Below, piece after piece: positions 10,315 to 19,020 of a stretch of 64,000 bases of DNA (positions are counted from its first letter, which is position 1; each line of letters starts with the position of its first letter). The stretch is from Actinomycetota bacterium (lineage in GTDB: Bacteria > Actinomycetota > Coriobacteriia > Anaerosomatales > UBA912). The DNA is taken from the NCBI GenBank assembly GCA_018334075.1, contig JAGXSC010000010.1, positions 37,102-101,101 on the forward strand, written 5' to 3'. Below the pieces are notes generated by a model, which ran no database searches, had not been told where the DNA came from, and saw nothing but the letters and a program-made list of their open reading frames with translations. Position numbers and translations under genes: made by a program.

Positions 10315-10646
10315 CAGCCTCGCCTCAATGTTATGTCGAATCCAATAGCTCTTCGTATAAGCCGTGCCAGATATGCCCGATGATCCTCTCCGACCTCAAG
10401 GTATTCCTTGATAGGCAACGAGATCACTATCGGACGGTATATCGAATCTATCTTGCGCTGGGTTCGCTCATCGATCTCTGCCATCAGTTTTTCGTTGACA
10501 GCTATAATGCCACTGGTCTCGTCATCCAACAGCGCGTTCAGTTGAGCTCTGGCCATTTCCGGCGTGTCTGCAACAACAACGCTGACCCCGGAAAGCCGAA
10601 ACCCGTCGGCGGTATCAGCGTCCGTGAGAACCACAAGGCTATACAA
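10314..10646 (-). CDS. atpF: V/A-type ATP synthase subunit F
   Basis: 110 aa, with a typical subunit F N-terminus ([16 protein letters not shown]). It sits between the C and A subunits. Confidence 0.8.
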   Translation of the reverse strand: MYSLVVLTDADTADGFRLSGVSVVVADTPEMARAQLNALLDDETSGIIAVNEKLMAEIDERTQRKIDSIYRPIVISLPIKEYLEVGEDHRAYLARLIRRAIGFDITLRRG

Positions 10647-11736
10647 GGATCAGCTCCTTTCTCACGCGCTCAATCGGCATGCCGACGGTCTTTCCTTTCG
10701 CAATGATCCGGATATTGGTAATCTCATTTTGCTTGGCCCAAAGGTAGGAGATGGTAACTCCGATTCCGAGCAAGTCCCCTCGCGCCAGGGATACTGCATG
10801 CCGAGCAAGCTTATCCTCTAGCGCACGTTCAAAGACAGAAATGCTGTTGTGCTCCAAGTAAAGCATGGCTACATCATTGAGAGCTGATCCATAGGGTGTT
10901 TTCTTGAGACGGCTCAAAACCTCATCGATATCCGACATCCTTGACAGTTCGTTATAGAGCTTCTGGCTTATAATCAAGCCACCGGGAAGGAAAAAGGATT
11001 CGGCTACAGGCGCATCGACATTGGCATATTGCAGCCGAAAAACCATGACCAAATTGCTTACGTCCATCTGTATGGCCAGAATCTTGCGTGCTGTCCTGAT
11101 GTTAGCTCGACGTTTGCGCAATCGCTGGCCAGCCCACGATGCATAGTACTTGTCCAGCGCGAGCTCCATTGCTGCAAGCTCACCCTTTTCAGTGAACTCA
11201 GCAAATCCCTCTCTGAGAGGGGCCGCGAAAGGGAGCTCCCAGGTCACAATGGTGTCGATTACCGCCTTCAAATCCTCGAGGCCAGCAAGTGCTCCAACAT
11301 CAATTGGCCCGAGCGATCCTACAGGAAGTACGCCCTGAAGAATGTCTTTCGCGTCAAGTCCGAGATGCTTGGCTCTGAGAATGGTCTTGATGTTAAAGAC
11401 ATCCCACCTTCCTAGCAAAGTCGCCACCAAGTAGCGAGCTTCAGGATTCAGAAAGTCAATAACCCTTCCATACGTCCGAACCATATTGTTTGTTAATGCA
11501 ATATCTACGTTGGTCGCATCCAGTCCGTGGATTGCAATCTCATTCAGATCGGGCCCATACTCAGTTCCGGACAGACTTTGAACAAGTCCTCTTATATCCG
11601 AAATACCTAAAAGGCCTTCGATGAATTGACGGCTGAGTAACCTTGAGTGCATAGCCCGGATTCGGGTGTTCCCATACCCGTAATCACCTGATCTGGGGGG
11701 ACGAATCGCTATTTTGGTGCGACCGAGCTGGATCAT
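10639..11736 (-). CDS. atpC: V/A-type ATP synthase subunit C (d-type)
   Basis: 365 aa. YGYGNTRIRAMHSRLL is the conserved N-terminal motif of bacterial and archaeal subunit C. Operon position agrees. Confidence 0.85.
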   Translation of the reverse strand: MIQLGRTKIAIRPPRSGDYGYGNTRIRAMHSRLLSRQFIEGLLGISDIRGLVQSLSGTEYGPDLNEIAIHGLDATNVDIALTNNMVRTYGRVIDFLNPEARYLVATLLGRWDVFNIKTILRAKHLGLDAKDILQGVLPVGSLGPIDVGALAGLEDLKAVIDTIVTWELPFAAPLREGFAEFTEKGELAAMELALDKYYASWAGQRLRKRRANIRTARKILAIQMDVSNLVMVFRLQYANVDAPVAESFFLPGGLIISQKLYNELSRMSDIDEVLSRLKKTPYGSALNDVAMLYLEHNSISVFERALEDKLARHAVSLARGDLLGIGVTISYLWAKQNEITNIRIIAKGKTVGMPIERVRKELILV

Positions 11737-12311
11737 GAGAACAGTATCTCCACAACTGTCGCCTGTGCCTGCTGTTTCGCCTTTTGCAATCGATCCTCTA
11801 CCGTGTTGCGTCGAAGAATCCGGCCATCCCCGAACACGACCATCACGCCGCCGTTCGTAGTAATTTCAGGCCGGATCTCCCCATCACGCCCACTCGCGTC
11901 AACTATCGTTTGCGCCAGCTCCCTGTCACGTGGATCGACAAGTATTGTTGGGATCCCCCTCGCTCCATCGAGAGCCTCCTCCAACAGCACCTTAAACAAC
12001 GTCTCATATCCATCGGCTTGACGTATTGAGCTCAGCTCGTTGGCAGCTTCCTCGAATACCCTTGTAATCGCGGCCTCCTTGGTCATCGCCAGACGCTTTT
12101 GTGCTGCAACCCTGGCTGCGTTGCGCTTTTTTGATGCGGCGACTCGCATATTTTGGCCTGCTGCTTCAACGCACTGGACGCAAATCGCCTTTTCCTGCTC
12201 TGCCGCCTCCCCGATAATAGAGTCCGCCTGAGCACCCGCTGTTTTCAAGAGCTCGTCGCAGTCGTTATTTGCCTGTTCCTCTAAAGCTCGGAAAATATCT
12301 TCTAGGGCCAT
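11733..12311 (-). CDS. atpE: V/A-type ATP synthase subunit E (peripheral stalk)
   Basis: 192 aa with an N-terminal coiled coil and a globular C-terminus. Operon position between K and C. Confidence 0.8.
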   Translation of the reverse strand: MALEDIFRALEEQANNDCDELLKTAGAQADSIIGEAAEQEKAICVQCVEAAGQNMRVAASKKRNAARVAAQKRLAMTKEAAITRVFEEAANELSSIRQADGYETLFKVLLEEALDGARGIPTILVDPRDRELAQTIVDASGRDGEIRPEITTNGGVMVVFGDGRILRRNTVEDRLQKAKQQAQATVVEILFS

Positions 12312-12354
12312 ATGCCAGACCTCTCTACGGGTAATCCACCTGCTTTTCTGCTAT

Positions 12355-12690
12355 TTATTGAGCAGGAGGCGGTACCGGCATATTCACGATCATGATTGAA
12401 GCGACAAAGCCCAGAAGTACGATGATCTCCGGGAGTGCCTGGAGAACGACAACCCAGACCGCAGCATCAGGCCGTTCGGCCAACGTCCCTGCACCTGCAA
12501 CACCGATCTTTGACTGTGCATATCCCGCGGCAACAGCAGAAACACTCATTGCCACACATGCGGCAATGGCCTTGGCGACGTGAGCTTCTACCTCACCCCC
12601 GGGCTCGGCAGCGAATGCTGCTGCCGGAATCGACAACACAAGCAAGAACGTTAGGCTAAAAACCCTTTTTGCAAGCCTACTGTTGATCAT
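12355..12690 (-). CDS. atpK: V/A-type ATP synthase proteolipid subunit K (c), two-helix type with a signal-peptide-like N-terminus
   Basis: Hairpin ...AAGYAQSKIGVAGAGTLAERPD...LQALPEIIVLLGFVASIMIV with the ion-binding Glu. The start is supported by an ATGA overlap with the atpI stop. Confidence 0.8.
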   Translation of the reverse strand: MINSRLAKRVFSLTFLLVLSIPAAAFAAEPGGEVEAHVAKAIAACVAMSVSAVAAGYAQSKIGVAGAGTLAERPDAAVWVVVLQALPEIIVLLGFVASIMIVNMPVPPPAQ

Positions 12691-14687
12691 GCGCTCTTTC
12701 CTCCTCCAGTTTTTGTGAACGGACTATACGGCTGCTTGCCTGTTTCGTAAAACTTGCCGAAAAACTCGAGCAAGTTTAGACGCAAAGCATGAATAAGGGG
12801 ACTGAAGGCGGCGATGACTACATGAACGCCATGAAGTATAACCCCCATCAATATGCCGATAATCGGATGCCCCATAACAGTCATCATATGATTGATCGCG
12901 TCGGCAAAGAGGGCCCCCGCCAACCCTACAGCCATAATACGTATATAGCTTGCCATATGAGCCACGGTCTCAAGGGTTTCGATGACGCCCATGACTCCAC
13001 CACCCTTGATTGCGTACACCAGTCCGCCAATGGCGATAGCCGCAATGACAAACTGGGTTACCATCTGCCCTGTTTCGCCTATCGTTTCGGGCACAATAGC
13101 AAGTTGACCGATGCCAACTATGGCCAATATAGCCAGAATCATTGTCAAAATACCGCCGCGTTCGTAAGCGTGCTTCTTGTGCTTCGTTTTTATAGCGTTG
13201 ATGATCCCCAGAGTAATTCCAAAGAGTATATGGATCACGCCGACGGCTATAGCTATGATCATATAAGGCACGATTTCGTCTACTCGATGGAAGATCGGTA
13301 TGACGCCGAACCACTCATAAACACCAGTGGCATAATCCTTGGCTACCCATCCCGCACGCAGGGGCATATCTCCAAATCCCTCGCCATACATAAAGCCAAA
13401 CACTATTACCATGGTTGCGGCAGGGCCCAGGATGGTTGTGGCGACCTGAATTAATTCGACTTCTCGAAACTTGAATCGAAGCCAAACCACCACGGCCAGG
13501 ATGATTGCTCCATACCCAAAGTCACCGACTATCATCCCGTAGAGCAAAGGGAAAAAGATGAAGAGCAGCCATGTGGGATCAAGGGTTCCATACTTCGGAA
13601 CGCCCCTCACGTTAGCTAGCAGCCCAAATGGAGCCACCAGTCTGGTGTTCTGAACCGCCACCGGGGTCTCGGCGAACATGTCCTCACGGATATCAATTTT
13701 GGTTACAATGATCTCGTTTCCCCACCTCTGCCGGATCTCACGATCCAGCTCATCAAACTCTTTCTCCGGAATCCATCCCCCAACTACGAATGCATACTCT
13801 GTGCGACCAAACTTTGGAATCGCTCCCAGCTCAGCAATCCGATCAGCCAGCACGTCCCGGATTGCAACCAGGCGCGTCTCCCACAACAAAGACATCCGCT
13901 CCAGCTCAGCAACAACCATTTTTAGTTCATCTGGAAGACTCCGGCGCCTGCTTGTCAGCTCCTCATAGGCGATATCGAACGGCATATCCTCAAAAGTGCT
14001 CGGGAGTCTGATCTGATTGACGTTCTCAACAGCGAGAAACTTGTGAACTGGATCCGAATAGACTTTGTTGAACACAATTATTGCCGCGGTTGTATCCTCG
14101 TCGATATCCGTAGAGACTATCTCGCACTGCTTATGGGTAATCTTGTCGAGCTCAGTGTTCAACTGCTCCAAAGCGCTTTTGTATCGACGCTCAACGAGTA
14201 GCGCGACAGACGCATATGCGCCTGTCGTTACAATCTGCTTCGCAAGGGGCTGGATTTTCTGCAAGATTGGCTCATAGCGAGCGAGCAAGGCCATTTCGCT
14301 CTCGAGAGAGGCGTGCTGCGCCGCCAAAGAGGCGGTTTTTTCCTCGACCTCCTCTACCACTTTCTCTATCTCGCGAGCCAGCTGCTCTGCATCAAGTGCG
14401 TAAAGCTGCTCATATTCCTTGCATTTTTCGGCATCGTCGATCCGTACTTCACCTTTGTTCATCGCCTGCAGTATCGCGCGCACCCTGATGAGAAGCTCTT
14501 CCATCCTCTCAAGATCAGCCTGTTGTCGCTGATGCAACTCCATGCACTCCAGGGGAACCTCGCCCGCCTCGATCTTGCTGGTCAAATCCTCGATGTGAAG
14601 GCGTCCATGCTCGTGAATCATGCTCACTACGTCGAAAAACAAGTTCTTCGGACCGATTATCTCGACCTTGGTCATTGGAACAAGCAC
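12687..14687 (-). CDS. atpI: V/A-type ATP synthase subunit I (a)
   Basis: 666 aa: a soluble N-terminal half plus a polytopic C-terminal half containing the conserved Arg region (YIRIMAVGLAG). Confidence 0.9.
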   Translation of the reverse strand: MLVPMTKVEIIGPKNLFFDVVSMIHEHGRLHIEDLTSKIEAGEVPLECMELHQRQQADLERMEELLIRVRAILQAMNKGEVRIDDAEKCKEYEQLYALDAEQLAREIEKVVEEVEEKTASLAAQHASLESEMALLARYEPILQKIQPLAKQIVTTGAYASVALLVERRYKSALEQLNTELDKITHKQCEIVSTDIDEDTTAAIIVFNKVYSDPVHKFLAVENVNQIRLPSTFEDMPFDIAYEELTSRRRSLPDELKMVVAELERMSLLWETRLVAIRDVLADRIAELGAIPKFGRTEYAFVVGGWIPEKEFDELDREIRQRWGNEIIVTKIDIREDMFAETPVAVQNTRLVAPFGLLANVRGVPKYGTLDPTWLLFIFFPLLYGMIVGDFGYGAIILAVVVWLRFKFREVELIQVATTILGPAATMVIVFGFMYGEGFGDMPLRAGWVAKDYATGVYEWFGVIPIFHRVDEIVPYMIIAIAVGVIHILFGITLGIINAIKTKHKKHAYERGGILTMILAILAIVGIGQLAIVPETIGETGQMVTQFVIAAIAIGGLVYAIKGGGVMGVIETLETVAHMASYIRIMAVGLAGALFADAINHMMTVMGHPIIGILMGVILHGVHVVIAAFSPLIHALRLNLLEFFGKFYETGKQPYSPFTKTGGGKSA

Positions 14688-14725
14688 TCTTCACACCCCC
14701 AATACTTAACTCTACGGTAAAATCG

Positions 14726-15094
14726 CTAAACTTTTGTCAGCGCCTTTACTACAAAATCAACAGCATCATCAATACGCTCAGCAACCCTTGCCTCCAGTGC
14801 CTCAACCTCTGCCGCTGTCTGCTCCTCAATCGCGGCAATCTCGGACTCGAGCTCTTTCTGCACGGCTTTTTCATGTTCTTTGGCCATCTTCTGACCCTGG
14901 GCCTCGGCAAGGCGCCTTATCTCGGCTGCCCTCTTCCGAGCATCAGCGACTATCTCCTCGGCGTGCTTTCTTGTTGCGAGGATTCTTCCGGATATCTCCA
15001 GCTCCTTCTCGCGAATGAGGTACAGCGGGGAGTTCGTCTCCGGCCCGACGATCTGCTGATGAAATTTGAGTTCCTGCAAAACCTTGTCATCCAC
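14726..15094 (-). CDS. Probable V/A-type ATP synthase subunit G/H-like peripheral-stalk protein
   Basis: Ala/Glu/Lys-rich coiled coil (EEIVADARKRAAEIRRLAEAQGQKMAKEHEKAVQKELE...) immediately upstream of atpI, as in ntpF/atpG positions. The track ORF starts at TTG 15208. I prefer GTG 15094 (GGGGGA upstream), but the start is uncertain. Confidence 0.5.
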   Translation of the reverse strand: MDDKVLQELKFHQQIVGPETNSPLYLIREKELEISGRILATRKHAEEIVADARKRAAEIRRLAEAQGQKMAKEHEKAVQKELESEIAAIEEQTAAEVEALEARVAERIDDAVDFVVKALTKV

Positions 15095-15229
15095 GTTCTT
15101 GGTCCCCCGTCCTGAACAGGCTCCCGCCTCACAGACGCGTTGAACAACGATAAACTGCTGGTAAACTTCGACGACTGTGATGGGTGCTCCTGCTAAAATT
15201 TTCCCCAATACTTCAGAATTCTAAAAAGC

Positions 15230-16345
15230 TTACACGTACCGCCGAGGAAGTCGCAGCCCGAAAGCACAAGCAAGTTCATAGTTGATCGTTTCCGCGGAGT
15301 GAGCTAGCTCCTCCATGTCTATGCGCTCATCCCCCTGTACTCCGACGATTACAACCTCGTCGCCGATAGCTGCGCCACTCCCCCGGGGCAGCGCTACCAT
15401 CATTTGATCCATGCAGATACGGCCGACTTGAGGGCATCTTGCCGAGGCAAGAAGCACCTGCATCTTGTCTGAGGCCGCTCTGTGAACCCCATCGGCGTAT
15501 CCCAGTGGCAGCGTAACGATCGTACTCGGCTCAACAGCTCGCCAGGTAAAACCATAGCTCACACCTTCGCCCATGCCGATCCGCTTGACAAACGACACCT
15601 TCGCCCGCACCGACATCGCGGGTGAAAGCTTCACTACCTCACGCGCTTGGGGTGAGGGATACATCCCGAAAATACCTAGCCCACACCTGACCATTCCGAA
15701 GTGAGACTCTGGTTGAAAGATAGTTGCTGCGCTGTTTGCAGCGTGCACGATTCCCGGATCAATACCTTCGTCACGGAGCGACTCCAGTGCATCTAAAAAC
15801 CGGCGCATCTGCCTTTGAAAGTCCCAGTCTTCAGGTATATCCGCAGTGGCGAAGTGCGTGAATACGCCCTCCATGCTCAACCCAGGAAAATCCGAGAGCG
15901 ACCGAAGAAACTCCGCGGACTCCTCGGCGCGCACACCGATGCGATTCATCCCGGTATCTATCTCCAAATGGTATCTGGCTTTCCGACCCGCCGAGGCTGC
16001 CTCCATGCCGAGCTTGACCGCAAAATCCCTGGTGGTCACCGTAGGTATCAACTCGTACTTGAGTAGATCAGGCACCGCGGATTGAGGTGGCTCGGACAGA
16101 ATATGGATCTCCTGGTCGATCTCCGCCGTACGCAGCGAGATTGCCTCCTCGACAGTGGCAACTCCGAGGCGATCCGCCCCGGCATCGATCGCTCGTCTGG
16201 CAACCGGAACCGCGCCGTGCCCGTAAGCGTCACTCTTTACGACCGCCATAAATAGCGTGCCTGGAGCGGTAAGACCCTTCAGCGTGGAAACATTATGGGC
16301 TATCGCCGAGAGATCCACCGTAACCCAGGCGCCGCGCTGGTACAT
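15230..16345 (-). CDS. alr: Alanine racemase
   Basis: PLP-lysine motif AVVKSDAYGHG; full-length similarity pattern to Alr. Confidence 0.9.
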   Translation of the reverse strand: MYQRGAWVTVDLSAIAHNVSTLKGLTAPGTLFMAVVKSDAYGHGAVPVARRAIDAGADRLGVATVEEAISLRTAEIDQEIHILSEPPQSAVPDLLKYELIPTVTTRDFAVKLGMEAASAGRKARYHLEIDTGMNRIGVRAEESAEFLRSLSDFPGLSMEGVFTHFATADIPEDWDFQRQMRRFLDALESLRDEGIDPGIVHAANSAATIFQPESHFGMVRCGLGIFGMYPSPQAREVVKLSPAMSVRAKVSFVKRIGMGEGVSYGFTWRAVEPSTIVTLPLGYADGVHRAASDKMQVLLASARCPQVGRICMDQMMVALPRGSGAAIGDEVVIVGVQGDERIDMEELAHSAETINYELACAFGLRLPRRYV

Positions 16346-16354
16346 TACCCGACC

Positions 16355-16819
16355 TCACTCCTGCTCAAGCAGTAACGATCGTACGACATCGGATTTGCTG
16401 ATTATTCCAACCAGGCGGTCTCCGTCGAGCACCGGAAGGCGACTGACGTCCTTTTCAACCAGCAAGGTCGCGACTTCCTCCAGGGAAGCGTCTACCCGTA
16501 CCGTAACGGGATTTTCCGTCATCACGGCTCGAACGTTAGCTGCTACCGCCTTCTTTAGCTCACTTTCGAACCTAGCGGTCGCGGGCGGGTACATAATGAA
16601 TCCATCGAGAAGATGAAGATAGGTCGGAAACTCCAGCTTGACGTCTTGCATGATCAGATCGCCTTCGGTGACTATCCCGATAAGCTTGCCGTTCTCGATC
16701 ACTGGCAGCGCCCCTATGCGCTCCTCGACCATTAACCTAGCCGCATCGGTCACCGAGGCATCAGGGGCTATCGTCAAAGGATCTTTCGACATCACGTTGG
16801 CTACAGTAAGTTCAGACAT
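16355..16819 (-). CDS. CBS-pair domain protein
   Basis: Two CBS repeats (VANVMSKDPLTI..., VRAVMTENPVTV...). ATG 16819 with a GAGGAG SD is preferred over the track's GTG 16840. Confidence 0.75.
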   Translation of the reverse strand: MSELTVANVMSKDPLTIAPDASVTDAARLMVEERIGALPVIENGKLIGIVTEGDLIMQDVKLEFPTYLHLLDGFIMYPPATARFESELKKAVAANVRAVMTENPVTVRVDASLEEVATLLVEKDVSRLPVLDGDRLVGIISKSDVVRSLLLEQE

Positions 16820-16839
16820 TATGGTGCTCCTCTCATGCA

Positions 16840-18399
16840 CTAAAACTCGATAGTATCTGATTGTGTATTACTTCCGCCGAGCAACTCAGCGAACGCTTTC
16901 GGGAGAAAGCAGAAGATATCCTCGGCTCTCATGCACCTTTCGGTCAACTCTCTTGCGCCGAGAACGGCAGCTCGTCCATGTAAGTATGCCCCAAGTGCGC
17001 CGGCATTCAATGGCTCAACTTTCTGTGCGAGCAGCGTGCCGGCTATACCAGCAAGAATGTCTCCCGTCCCAGCGGTTGCAAGCTCAGGCCCACCGGGCAG
17101 GTTTAGAACCTGCCTGCCGTTGCAGCTTGTCACCGTTCTAGCCCCTTTAAGTACACAAGCGGTGTGGGCGCTGGCCAACTTTGCGGCAAAGCCGGGTCTG
17201 TCGGCCTGGATTTGGGAAGGCGTCACCCGAAGCAACCTTGCGAGCTCGCCGGGATGCGGAGTAATGACCTTCGGCGTCTGGAGGTGCTCCAGGAGATGAG
17301 CCTCATCCACCAAGATATTGAGCCCATCGGCATCGATCACCATCGGCATGTCAAGTGAGGTGAGCAATCGCTTTGTCAGAAGCGCGGCGCCACGGGAAAC
17401 CGTCATCCCAGGCCCGATGACCACAGAGTCGAACTCTCTTACCATCTCCACTATTTCGGCCTCGGCTTTTGGGGAAAACGTCTTCGATCCCTCTTCGGCG
17501 ACTCCGGCCACGACAATCGAAGGAGACATCACCTGCGCGATCGGGAGTATCGATTCGGGAACGATCAACAGCACATATCCCGCACCTGCCCGCTGTGCAG
17601 CGGCAGCCGCAAGAACCGCGGCCCCAGGATACGCCCCCGAGCCGGCGATGACTGCCACTCTTCCTCGGCTGTTCTTGTGCGTGTCCCAGCCATAGACCGG
17701 CAAGACCGCCGCATAATCCTGCACGTCCCACACTTCCATGGATTGGCGCAAGGCTTCCCCACTGACGGGAACACCAATATCGCATGTGAGCACAGTGCCA
17801 GAGCAGGCGGCGCCGGGATAAACGAGCGAGCCGATCTTGGGCGTGCCGAGAGCAATCGTAGTGTCCGCCTTGACCGCTTCCGCAGCAACCGCTCCGGTAT
17901 CCGCGTCGACGCCAGAGGCTATATCCACTGCGATCACGGGCGCCGGCGAATCATTGATAGCGGCAATCCATGATCTGTAAGGCTCGGATATCTGCCCTGC
18001 CCGATAGCCGATTCCAAAGATCGCATCGACCAGCACGCTAGCGCTGCTGGCCGCCGATAAATCCACCCCAACGTCAGCCACAACGCTACGTACGCCCTCC
18101 GCGCAAGCCCTTCGCGCCGCCTCGCCGGCGATGCCCTGTAGCGAAGCCGGATCCGCCGAGCAATAAACCGTCACGTCCCGGCCAGTCGCAACGAGATGTC
18201 GGGCTGCAACCCAACCGTCACCGCCATTATTTCCGGCGCCTGCAAAAACTATCACCGAGCCTTCGGGAGAAAATGCTGTAACCTCGGATGCCACTGCAGC
18301 TCCCGCGCGCTCCATAAGAGCGGACAGCGAGACTCCTTTGGCACGCACCGCTTCCTCCTCGGCGAAGAGCACCCCTTTGCGAGTCAACGCAAACCGCAC
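16840..18399 (-). CDS. nnr: Bifunctional NAD(P)H-hydrate repair enzyme Nnr (epimerase plus ADP-dependent dehydratase)
   Basis: The N-terminal YjeF_N region (GAGNNGGDG) and the C-terminal carbohydrate-kinase-like dehydratase region (GTGDILAG). Confidence 0.85.
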   Translation of the reverse strand: MRFALTRKGVLFAEEEAVRAKGVSLSALMERAGAAVASEVTAFSPEGSVIVFAGAGNNGGDGWVAARHLVATGRDVTVYCSADPASLQGIAGEAARRACAEGVRSVVADVGVDLSAASSASVLVDAIFGIGYRAGQISEPYRSWIAAINDSPAPVIAVDIASGVDADTGAVAAEAVKADTTIALGTPKIGSLVYPGAACSGTVLTCDIGVPVSGEALRQSMEVWDVQDYAAVLPVYGWDTHKNSRGRVAVIAGSGAYPGAAVLAAAAAQRAGAGYVLLIVPESILPIAQVMSPSIVVAGVAEEGSKTFSPKAEAEIVEMVREFDSVVIGPGMTVSRGAALLTKRLLTSLDMPMVIDADGLNILVDEAHLLEHLQTPKVITPHPGELARLLRVTPSQIQADRPGFAAKLASAHTACVLKGARTVTSCNGRQVLNLPGGPELATAGTGDILAGIAGTLLAQKVEPLNAGALGAYLHGRAAVLGARELTERCMRAEDIFCFLPKAFAELLGGSNTQSDTIEF

Positions 18400-18411
18400 C
18401 GATGTGCCCCC

Positions 18412-19017
18412 TTATGAATCGTCTGGCCTAGCTCCAATGAAAGCTTCTTCGTTGAGCGGGGCGTCATCTGTCTCGTCATCCTCGCTGTCAGCCAGACTCA
18501 TCTCGTGAAGCATCAGGCGCGCCTCCCGAAACGAGGCCTCCAGCCGGGCCCGGGGATCGATCGGTGGACTCTCGGGCTTCGGGCGATGGGCGCCGGTGAT
18601 AGCAACTGCCGAGGCAACAGCGGTGCTATGCGTAAACGACAGTGACAGGTGCAGCTCTATCACACCACTCTCAGCCGCCACCTCGGCGGCCCTGCCATGC
18701 AGTACGGGCTCGGGGCGCCCGTGCTTGTCCCTGACGACCTCCACATCGCAAAAGCGCATCCCGCTAAAACCAGTGCCGATCGCCTTGAGGACGGCCTCTT
18801 TCGCGGCAAATCGCATGGCGTAGTGGATTTCAGGCCTGTTGCGCTTCTCGCAGTAGTCCCTCTCGGCTTCCGAAAACAGTCTTTCCTTCAGCCTTGGCCT
18901 GCGAGCCAACGCTTGCCGCATGCGGTCGATCTCGACGATGTCAACACCCAGGCCTCGAACCCCCGATGGCGCAGGCTGAATATCAGTCGATCCCATGGGA
19001 AGGGCCTTTCCTTCCAC
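18412..19017 (-). CDS. acpS: Holo-[acyl-carrier-protein] synthase with ~60-aa acidic C-terminal tail
   Basis: GLGVDIVEIDR...FAAKEAVLKA... is the AcpS core. The start could be the second Met (MGSTD). Confidence 0.8.
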   Translation of the reverse strand: MEGKALPMGSTDIQPAPSGVRGLGVDIVEIDRMRQALARRPRLKERLFSEAERDYCEKRNRPEIHYAMRFAAKEAVLKAIGTGFSGMRFCDVEVVRDKHGRPEPVLHGRAAEVAAESGVIELHLSLSFTHSTAVASAVAITGAHRPKPESPPIDPRARLEASFREARLMLHEMSLADSEDDETDDAPLNEEAFIGARPDDS

Positions 19018-19020
19018 GAT

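Noticed and set aside
14726-15208. Full 160-aa version of the ORF upstream of atpI
   Set aside because: The first ~38 codons (TTG start, no SD) do not resemble stalk subunits. An internal GTG with a G-rich SD gives a 122-aa coiled-coil protein of the expected size. The shorter call is kept, with reduced confidence.
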